This document shows, piece after piece, positions 56,985 through 64,000 of a DNA stretch of 64,000 bases. The stretch lies in IMG/VR virus record IMGVR_UViG_3300021478_000016, positions 78,433-142,432 of that record. The stretch is one strand, 5' to 3'. The notes beneath the pieces are model-generated. The model saw nothing but the letters and a program-made list of their open reading frames with translations. It was not told the origin of the DNA and did not search any database. Source of the stretch: a virus. Position numbers and translations under genes: made by a program. Within the stretch, counting starts at the first letter, position 1. Every line of letters starts with the position of its first letter.

Positions 56985-59900
56985 ATGTCTGCTACGGGTC
57001 AGCGTCTTCGCCTTCGTCTGTTCCTCGAGGGCATCGAGGTCCCGGTTATCGCTGCGCAGATCACCAGCCAGCCGAACTCACCACTCCAGGCGGCCATCCA
57101 GATCGTGCCGCATCATCTGGCGACCAAGTTCTATCCCCGCACGCTGGTCCATCTCTACTTCCTGGACTTCTTCGAGCAGGCCAACCCACTGTTGGCACAG
57201 CGCCCGGCAGGAAACCCTGGAGATCCAAAAGCTCAAGACCCCACGGCCTACGAGCAGGGAAAGCAGCGAACGCAGAATCAGTCAGGCGTTGGGCAGGCCG
57301 AGTCGAACAGCAGCTTCCTCCAGGACGCGGCGAACACACGCTACAAGCTCTGCTTCGTTGGGGAGATCGTCGGCTTTCAGTGGTCGAAGAACCAGTCGAA
57401 GCGTTCTGTAGTACTCCAGTGCCTTGGTCTGTCCAATTACTGGGACTACGCCTACCAGTTCAACAACACAGATCTCTTCGGCCCCGGACTCAAGGCGCTC
57501 TTCAGCGGCGGTTCAACCAACCTGTTGACCGACTTCCTCACGACGCCAGCGGAGGTCATCACCTCGCTCTTGCATCAGACCTCCATCCAGTACCCCGCAC
57601 TCAAGGGTCTGCTAGGTGGCATCGTACGCGTGCTCGAGTCTATCGGAGGCAGCTACTACTACGAGAAGACCTTCTCCGGCCAGAACGTCTTCTTCTCACT
57701 CGCCGAACTGCGGCTGCACATCACCCAGTGCATCACGGCCTTCGACCAAGACGATACCGGAGCTCGATTGCTGTCCGCAGGGGGCTGGGACTCGCTCTTC
57801 GGCCGTGTTCTGGGCGGGTTGGGTGAGCAAGTCTCGATCCGCGATGTGATGAACAGCATCAACGCGACTATCTTCCACGAAACCTACGACCAGCCCTGCC
57901 CCATGTACATGCCTGGCAGTGGCGGCACCGTGAATGGTCTCGGACGACAGAAGCTGAAGAACATCCCCAACCTTCAGGTCTTCTATCAGGCTGCACTCGG
58001 AGCAGATCAAGAGCTCACTCAACAGCAGCAGGACATCACAGCACCGGCGACGGTAGTGGGTGACCCCAACTCCACTGACCTGCTCACGCTCAGCCAGCAG
58101 ACCCTCCAGGCCGAGGCCGAGAAGTCCGGGACGGCGAAGAACTCACTGCTGCTGCGGATGCAGAACCTCAGTCAGTCGCTGAGGAACAATGGCACGCACG
58201 CCATGCGTCTGGGCATCAACGACATCTACGGAGCCTTCCAGGCAGCATCTTCGGCGATCAATCAGGCCATCACCTTGGTCAAGAAGAACTGGGCCCCCGG
58301 TCAGGGACCAGGCAAGGTTGCCTCGAGCATCAACAACTTCCTCAGCCAGGCCCAGACACAGGTCCAGAAGGTCGAGAACCTCGAGGTCAACACCATCAAG
58401 CAGAGCAAGGCCATCCCTTCTCGGCTTCAGTCCTCGATCCTACGCCCAGACATCTGGTTCGGAGCTCCTCCGAAGTGCAACGTCCTCTTCCCGGACAACT
58501 ACCACACGGTCCAGTTCCAGAGGATGTTCCTTCAAGAACCCACCCGCTTCCTTCTGAAGACCAACGATGAGTTCTTTGGGGAGGACGAGCTCTTCGACAG
58601 CTTCTACTTCGCTCCCAAGATCCGCACGGTGAAGGGACAGAAGGGCACACTCGATGCGCTCTTCAACAACGACATCTTCTCGCACGAACTCTTCACCGGC
58701 ATCCTCCCCATCTTCGAGAAGATGGGCGAGTTCAACATCTTCGCGGTCCGCTCCGGTACTGTGGACTCCACCATCCCGAAGATCGGCCTGGCTCAGCGCT
58801 CGACGAACTTCCTCTACTTCAAGCACCGCTACTCCACGCGGCAGATGAGCATCTCGGCGAAGTTCAACCCGTACATCGCGGCAGGCTTCCCCGGGTTGGT
58901 CATCGACAAGTACATCGACCTTCAGAGCATTGCGCAGATCCAAGCGCTGATGCAGAAGAGGGGGCAACCTACGCCAGAGCAGCAAGCCTTTCTCGGCACG
59001 CACTACCTCGGCGACTTCTCGGTGGTTCAGCACACCATCGACCAGAGGCAGGGTAGAACGGACATCCAGGCTACCTTCGCTCGCCAGCATGACGAGATCA
59101 GCAAGTTCCTGGGACCTATCGAGTCAGACACTCAGGTCATGCAGCAGACAGGCACGGTGAGTCGAGACACCGTGGTGGCGGCTCTTCAGCAGCCGCCTTT
59201 GGGTGGGGTGGGTCCTAACTTCGGCAAGATCACACAGGCAGTCGATGTCACGAGTGCCTATGCAGCCCCTTCTGGGTCGGTTGCCACGGCACAGCAGCTT
59301 CCTCTCTACCGAGGTCCGCGAGACCCGAACACCGAGACCTTGGGATTGTTGGTACCTGTGGGGGTACCTCTGGTTGCTGGCGACCTGGGGCCTGAGATCA
59401 CCGCTCTAGTGGGTTCTGCTTCCGCATCCGTGACGTTCAGGGCGTTCAAGGTGACCGAGCAGGTCCCGCAGTACCGGTCCAAGACTGTGGACATCCCTCC
59501 CGAGGAGTACATCCGACCGGGTTGGTATGGGGATGTCTGGCGTCCGCAGAAGATCGGCCAGACTTACCAGTTCTACTTCAACACGGGCTCGGTCGTGGAT
59601 GCCAACCAACTCTCCCTGCCTCAGGGAATCTCCCAGCCCGGCGCCGTCGATCCCCAGACCCAGGACGCTATCAGTCAAGCATCGAACGCTACGAGTGGTG
59701 ACAACCAGAGCCTCCAGAACCTCCTGCTCCTTACTCTTCAGCAAGGAGCCACCATCGAACAGGCCGTCGACTTCCTCGTCACGACGTACTCGTACGCCAA
59801 GATCATCGGTGCAGGCATCGACAAGTTCACGCAGACATACACCTGGCGTCCCATCGCTACGATGGTGGACATGTTCGGGTCGTCCGATCTGAAGTTCAGC

Positions 59901-60122
59901 CCAGATGGCTCGCGTACGGTCTCTGGAGTGGAGGGTTTCCACTCGAGGGCGTTCGGCCCGTACGACGATCTCTTCACGTTGGTCACCCCCAGCATCGAGA
60001 GCATCCTCGGCATCAAGAAGACTTCCGTCGCCCGACAGACCGGGGACGTTCGAGGTCCCCGCTTCCGCGCAGTAGCAGACTACGTTACCGCCCTACAGTT
60101 CTCGAGAGGGCTGCTAGGTTGA
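56985..60122 (+). CDS. putative baseplate hub protein
   Basis: LRLFLEGIEVPV..FVGEI..S.VLQC hub-like N-terminus; 1045 aa. Confidence 0.6.
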   Translation: MSATGQRLRLRLFLEGIEVPVIAAQITSQPNSPLQAAIQIVPHHLATKFYPRTLVHLYFLDFFEQANPLLAQRPAGNPGDPKAQDPTAYEQGKQRTQNQSGVGQAESNSSFLQDAANTRYKLCFVGEIVGFQWSKNQSKRSVVLQCLGLSNYWDYAYQFNNTDLFGPGLKALFSGGSTNLLTDFLTTPAEVITSLLHQTSIQYPALKGLLGGIVRVLESIGGSYYYEKTFSGQNVFFSLAELRLHITQCITAFDQDDTGARLLSAGGWDSLFGRVLGGLGEQVSIRDVMNSINATIFHETYDQPCPMYMPGSGGTVNGLGRQKLKNIPNLQVFYQAALGADQELTQQQQDITAPATVVGDPNSTDLLTLSQQTLQAEAEKSGTAKNSLLLRMQNLSQSLRNNGTHAMRLGINDIYGAFQAASSAINQAITLVKKNWAPGQGPGKVASSINNFLSQAQTQVQKVENLEVNTIKQSKAIPSRLQSSILRPDIWFGAPPKCNVLFPDNYHTVQFQRMFLQEPTRFLLKTNDEFFGEDELFDSFYFAPKIRTVKGQKGTLDALFNNDIFSHELFTGILPIFEKMGEFNIFAVRSGTVDSTIPKIGLAQRSTNFLYFKHRYSTRQMSISAKFNPYIAAGFPGLVIDKYIDLQSIAQIQALMQKRGQPTPEQQAFLGTHYLGDFSVVQHTIDQRQGRTDIQATFARQHDEISKFLGPIESDTQVMQQTGTVSRDTVVAALQQPPLGGVGPNFGKITQAVDVTSAYAAPSGSVATAQQLPLYRGPRDPNTETLGLLVPVGVPLVAGDLGPEITALVGSASASVTFRAFKVTEQVPQYRSKTVDIPPEEYIRPGWYGDVWRPQKIGQTYQFYFNTGSVVDANQLSLPQGISQPGAVDPQTQDAISQASNATSGDNQSLQNLLLLTLQQGATIEQAVDFLVTTYSYAKIIGAGIDKFTQTYTWRPIATMVDMFGSSDLKFSPDGSRTVSGVEGFHSRAFGPYDDLFTLVTPSIESILGIKKTSVARQTGDVRGPRFRAVADYVTALQFSRGLLG

Positions 60123-60126
60123 CGGC

Positions 60127-60360
60127 GTGACGTCGGTCGAGCACAAGTTCACCTTCCCAGATGCCATACTCGCGCGGTTGTTTGTAGGAAAGCTCTGTAC
60201 TCGACTTCGCAACCCTCCGGCGATCTACATCGATGACTGCGTCGTCTATGTGATCGATGGGGACTACCAGATGGAAAGAATCCTCCAACTGGCCAAGTCT
60301 TCGAGTGCATCGCATGTTCAAGTGCTATCGCCGACCTACCCCTCCAAGCCGGGGACGTAG
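60127..60360 (+). CDS. hypothetical protein
   Basis: Fills the gap. Confidence 0.4.
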   Translation: MTSVEHKFTFPDAILARLFVGKLCTRLRNPPAIYIDDCVVYVIDGDYQMERILQLAKSSSASHVQVLSPTYPSKPGT

Positions 60361-60372
60361 TAGACTGACTCC

Positions 60373-60750
60373 GTGAACCCGTACTTCGAGACCGTGCGTG
60401 CGGCCTTCCTCGACGAGCTCGAGAAGATCGCCGCATCATCCAAGCTGCTCCGTCATGGGAAGGCTCGGGTGGGTCGTCGCCCCCTTCGGGTTGCGACTCT
60501 GCTCCGCAAGGAGAAGGACGGGGAGATCTACAAGTTCAGCGGTGATGGGTCCATGGGAAACGTGGTGCCGTTCTCCAACGAGGATGCCCCAGGAGTAACC
60601 GGCCGTGCCGCTCAGGCACCGAAGTCCCCAAACGATGTCCCCTCTCGAGAAGATGGACGCGAGAACTCGGGTACCAAGATCCCTGGCACCGGTCGCTTCG
60701 TCATGGCGCCGGCAGCGGCCAACAGCCCCGAAGAACACGGCAACTACTAG
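60373..60750 (+). CDS. FxDELxKIA-tag protein
   Basis: AFLDELEKIA near the N-terminus; TAGACT 6 nt before the GTG. Confidence 0.65.
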   Translation: MNPYFETVRAAFLDELEKIAASSKLLRHGKARVGRRPLRVATLLRKEKDGEIYKFSGDGSMGNVVPFSNEDAPGVTGRAAQAPKSPNDVPSREDGRENSGTKIPGTGRFVMAPAAANSPEEHGNY

Positions 60751-60759
60751 GAGAGGCAG

Positions 60760-61212
60760 ATGAAGACCGCGTTCATCGACGAGTTCGAGAAGATCTCCAA
60801 CGCCGGCGGCGTGAGCTTTCTCCCCGGCCTGATGAAGACCGCCAGGCCGAACGAAGACTTCGCCGTCTCATCCAAGAAGTCGAACACTGGCAAGCCGGCC
60901 TACCCCATCCCGGACAAGAAGCACGCCATCTCAGCTCTGGGTTTCGCGAAGATGCACCACGACTCGGCAGATCTGGCCGAGGTCCGCAAGGACGTGGCAG
61001 CGAAGTACCCGGACCTGGTGCACAAGGCCGCCTCTGTCCTCGTCGCCGTCACGAAGTTCGCCAACGACTCGTGCGTGCCGAAGAAGGGCAAGGAGAAGGA
61101 CAGCAACATGGGCATGGGCACGTACGGCCCGGCCAGTGCGGCACCTCCGGGCATGATGGGTGGTCCCCCTCCCGGTGCTGCGATGAAGGCAACGATGCAG
61201 GCGGGGATGTGA
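60760..61212 (+). CDS. tagged protein with a DUF6582-like YPIPDxxHA module
   Basis: MKTAFIDEFEKIS; YPIPDKKHAISAL..KYP; KTA/KAA/KFA motifs. Confidence 0.65.
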   Translation: MKTAFIDEFEKISNAGGVSFLPGLMKTARPNEDFAVSSKKSNTGKPAYPIPDKKHAISALGFAKMHHDSADLAEVRKDVAAKYPDLVHKAASVLVAVTKFANDSCVPKKGKEKDSNMGMGTYGPASAAPPGMMGGPPPGAAMKATMQAGM

Positions 61213-61213
61213 C

Positions 61214-61531
61214 ATGCAGCCCTCGTTCACGGCCTTCAAGGAGGAGCTGCTCGCCATCAAGGAAGCTGGCGGCTTCTCTAATCTCATGCGCGGGCTGGCC
61301 TCTGAGGCTGGCACGCACAAGACGGAGATCGCCGGGCTCGGCGTGCTTGCCGCACCCAGTCTCGATGAGGCGCAGGCACACGCTCGAGCGGCTGTCGCTG
61401 GCGACTACAACAAGGCTGGCGTGGAGAAGAGGACTCTCCTCCCCCATGTTGCCAAGCCGGCCACGGAGCTCGCCGGACTCGGCATGCTGATGGGTCCCTC
61501 CATCGCGCATCTGAAGGGCTACGGTCCCTGA
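61214..61531 (+). CDS. tagged protein with duplicated TE(I/L)AGLG hydrophobic segments
   Basis: AFKEELLAIKEAG. Confidence 0.65.
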   Translation: MQPSFTAFKEELLAIKEAGGFSNLMRGLASEAGTHKTEIAGLGVLAAPSLDEAQAHARAAVAGDYNKAGVEKRTLLPHVAKPATELAGLGMLMGPSIAHLKGYGP

Positions 61532-62370
61532 TGAACCTCTCGTCCACCCTCGATGAGCTCGAGAAGCTTGGCGTCATCAGCGCCGAGGAGGCTCGTCGCA
61601 CGCTCGATCGCCTGGACAGCATCGAGAAGAGCAAGCCTACGTCCACGCAGGCGCTCCAGTACGGTGCTCTGGGGGCCGGGGCTGGAGCTCTCACCAGGGG
61701 GATTGGCCATGCCATCGAACACGGGCACCTTCCGACGAAGCGCAGCCTCCTGGGGGCAGCGGCTGGCGGAGCAGTTGGTCTGGGCGCTGTGCCTCTTCTT
61801 CGTACTGGTCTCGATCGTCATCGAGAACGCAACAAGCTGCGCTCTTTCATGGCGCAACCCGAGGTGAAGACGGCGGAGAACGAAGAGGAGTTGAAGGAGG
61901 CGCCGGCGGGGAAGCTGCCGGTGTCCTTCAGCAACATCGGGAAGATCTCGATGCCGGCGTCGTCGTACAGCACGCCCATCGAGGGAGCGAAGCCCAACAT
62001 CATGGAGAGTCGCGGGCCGATGCGTTCGATGCCCATCACGGCTCCCTTCCTGAGCCCGAAGGTGGCCTTCACGGTCTCGCAGTACAGCGGTCCGCTCAGC
62101 ATGGGTCCCTTCAAGATGGTGAGCGGCATGCCTCCGTTCACGGCGCCCTCGCTGCGCGCCGGCTTCACCAAGAAGCAGGATGCGCTCCAGATGGCGAAGA
62201 GTTCTGGGGCGATGGCTCAGACAGGGCTGACACCCAAGAGTCTTCTCTCCTCTGGCCAGGCGCTGGCCAAGCCGAAGATCACTAACCCTTCAGGCCCCAG
62301 CATCGGAGACCTCTCGAAGCCCATCGGCTTCGGCTCCAAGCTGCCGGGCGCGACGAAAGGGACGCTCTAA
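61531..62370 (+). CDS. tagged glycine-zipper protein
   Basis: LDELEKLG; GALGAGAG; GAAAGGAVG; VKTA; PKVA. Confidence 0.65.
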   Translation: MNLSSTLDELEKLGVISAEEARRTLDRLDSIEKSKPTSTQALQYGALGAGAGALTRGIGHAIEHGHLPTKRSLLGAAAGGAVGLGAVPLLRTGLDRHRERNKLRSFMAQPEVKTAENEEELKEAPAGKLPVSFSNIGKISMPASSYSTPIEGAKPNIMESRGPMRSMPITAPFLSPKVAFTVSQYSGPLSMGPFKMVSGMPPFTAPSLRAGFTKKQDALQMAKSSGAMAQTGLTPKSLLSSGQALAKPKITNPSGPSIGDLSKPIGFGSKLPGATKGTL

Positions 62371-62837
62371 TGCCTGCCTGGATTCACGATCGCGCGGAGC
62401 ACATCCTCGCGAAGAACCCCGACATGGGCAAGTCGACAGCCTTTGCCATCGCCACTCAGCAGAGCCACGCCACAGGGCATTCGCCCAAGGGCTACGGCAC
62501 AGCGCAAGGCAAGCGGAAGGCGAAGGCCAAGTTCGATACGCCGAAGGACGACGTGCAGTCGGCCAACCCTGGTGGTCTCGAGAGCCCCAAGATGGGGTCT
62601 GTGATGGTCGAAGCCTTCTTCGACGAACTGGGGAACATCAAGAACGCCGGGCTTCTGGAGGGCGTGAAGAAGGTGCTCACGACGCCCATACCAGGCACTC
62701 CGGAGATCTTCCCCCATGCAGCCATAGAGGCGGCAGGGAGGTTCGGGAAGACGGCTCCTGCTACTCTTCCCGCAGTCGCCAAGAAAACACCACAAGACTG
62801 GCGGGCCAACAGGGCTGCTGCCTGGAAGACACCGTAG
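62370..62837 (+). CDS. tagged protein with an N-terminal AxAIA helical module
   Basis: KSTAFAIATQQ; AFFDELGNIKNAG. Confidence 0.65.
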   Translation: MPAWIHDRAEHILAKNPDMGKSTAFAIATQQSHATGHSPKGYGTAQGKRKAKAKFDTPKDDVQSANPGGLESPKMGSVMVEAFFDELGNIKNAGLLEGVKKVLTTPIPGTPEIFPHAAIEAAGRFGKTAPATLPAVAKKTPQDWRANRAAAWKTP

Positions 62838-62846
62838 GAGGATGCC

Positions 62847-63383
62847 ATGACGTACAAGCCCGAAGAGGTCATCGATCTGCGGTCTCGAGCTCTGGATGCC
62901 CAGGGACCATCGGCCGACAGGTTCGAAACGGACTTCATGAAGTTCGCTCACGAGAGCTCCGCTCAGGAGAAGCTCGCGAACGAAACGTCCGATGTCGAGA
63001 CCGAAGGCAGCCTCGACTCGAACATCGACCGCTCGACGGTCGAGACGAACCACGTGAACCAGACGGCGGAAGAGACCAACGGGATGACCGGCAAGGACCC
63101 GCTGGGCATGAACACCTACCGCTGGGGGGAGAAGGCGCCGGAGGATCAGCCCGGGACCTCTGGGCGCCGCCATGACGCCGAGACTCTCTCGACTTCGGCC
63201 GAGGAGATCAACAAAGAGGACAACCTCGACCTCCTCGCCCGCAGCTTCAATCAGTTCACGGAAGCGCGGCGCAACGCGCAGTCGGTGGTGTCCCAGAACC
63301 TCGACCACGGCAAGCCCGGCTCGTACGTGACGCGTTCGAAGACCCTCCTCGAGAAGGTGCAGGGCACGACCGGGCGTCGCTGA
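62847..63383 (+). CDS. KxA-motif hydrophilic protein
   Basis: FMKFA, EKLAN; AGGAGG RBS. Confidence 0.6.
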   Translation: MTYKPEEVIDLRSRALDAQGPSADRFETDFMKFAHESSAQEKLANETSDVETEGSLDSNIDRSTVETNHVNQTAEETNGMTGKDPLGMNTYRWGEKAPEDQPGTSGRRHDAETLSTSAEEINKEDNLDLLARSFNQFTEARRNAQSVVSQNLDHGKPGSYVTRSKTLLEKVQGTTGRR

Positions 63384-63400
63384 AGTTCGCACGGAAACGC

Positions 63401-63408
63401 GGGATAAG
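63401..63408 (+). promoter_or_regulatory. GGNATAAG motif upstream of the sigma gene
   Basis: GGGATAAG then a GAGGAGG RBS. Confidence 0.6.
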
Positions 63409-63425
63409 GGTTTCGAGGAGGTGGC

Positions 63426-64000
63426 ATGGCCACAGACAAGCGAGATCCTGTCTCCGCGCTGCTCGAAGAGAAGACCTCAGCAGCTCAGGGCAGGCAAGCG
63501 AAGGAACTGGCCTTGTGGGAGCAGTGGAAGCAGTCCAAGTCCCCGGATGACCTCGAGCCTCTTCTCGATGCCTACGCGCCGCTCATCGAGCGCAAGGCGA
63601 CCGAGTATGGGGCCGGAGCTGTACTCATCCCTCGAGTGGCGCTCAAGGCCGAGCTCACGAAGCACATCATCGGTGCCTTCGAGACCTACGACCCCAACCG
63701 TGGCGCGGCACTCAACACGCACATCCAACACCGCATCCAGAAGGCGAAGCGCTACGTCGCTCAGCACCAGAACGTGGCGTACTTGCCCGAGACCTTGACG
63801 TACAAGATCGGCCCCATCGCACGTGCTACCGATGCTCTGACGCAAGACCTGGGCAGGTCACCCACTCCATATGAGATTGCAGACCATCTGAAGATGCCCG
63901 TACGTACAGTGCAGCGACTCCAGAAGTCGATGCTGCGTGACGTGCCGGCCAGCGGCGCTCCGGTGACCGAAGAGAGCGATGTCACGATGCGCCTGGGCCC
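63426..64000 (+). CDS. phage sigma70-family RNA polymerase sigma factor (partial, runs off the window; absent from the ORF track)
   Basis: MATDKRD..LLDAYAPLI..AFETYDPNRGAALNTH (region 2)..LTQDLGRSPTPYEIADHL (region 3). Confidence 0.85.
   Translation, partial: MATDKRDPVSALLEEKTSAAQGRQAKELALWEQWKQSKSPDDLEPLLDAYAPLIERKATEYGAGAVLIPRVALKAELTKHIIGAFETYDPNRGAALNTHIQHRIQKAKRYVAQHQNVAYLPETLTYKIGPIARATDALTQDLGRSPTPYEIADHLKMPVRTVQRLQKSMLRDVPASGAPVTEESDVTMRLG

Noticed and set aside
18963-60122. Extracellular contractile injection system or tailocin
   Set aside because: Capsid and DNA packaging genes are present
1-64000. Stop-codon reassignment
   Set aside because: Recognisable genes are intact under the standard code, and TAG, TGA and TAA all end genes
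1-64000. Introns, inteins, or DGR/retron elements
   Set aside because: No reverse transcriptase, intein motifs or split core genes seen; the three endonucleases appear free-standing

Overview
This is a 64 kb GC-rich segment of a large, apparently uncultured myovirus (class Caudoviricetes, contractile tail). A myxobacterial host is suggested but only inferred. The order is: (1) terminase large subunit; (2) a head module with a prohead protease, scaffold/internal proteins, a decoration protein and an HK97/encapsulin-like major capsid protein; (3) neck, sheath, an HNH endonuclease and the tube; (4) about 27 kb of accessory genes (phosphatase, nucleotidase, cell-wall hydrolases, GroES, many Zn-ribbon proteins, a displaced tail chaperone, and an array of small minus-strand gene cassettes with a shared terminator/promoter/RBS junction); (5) tape measure, an HNH endonuclease and baseplate; (6) a second cluster of head-associated small genes; (7) a phage sigma factor cut by the window end. 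Main candidate novelty: more than 15 proteins share K-x-A motifs and an (A)FxDELxKIA helix. This looks like a capsid-targeting plus protease-cleavage system that loads diverse cargo into the head, including glycine-zipper hairpins and an intact ferritin-like diiron domain. Also seen: two predicted -1 frameshifts that the ORF track does not show, a GGNATAAG promoter regulon, a hairpin-gated homing endonuclease and a candidate structured ncRNA. All functional calls come from motifs read by eye; no database searches were run.
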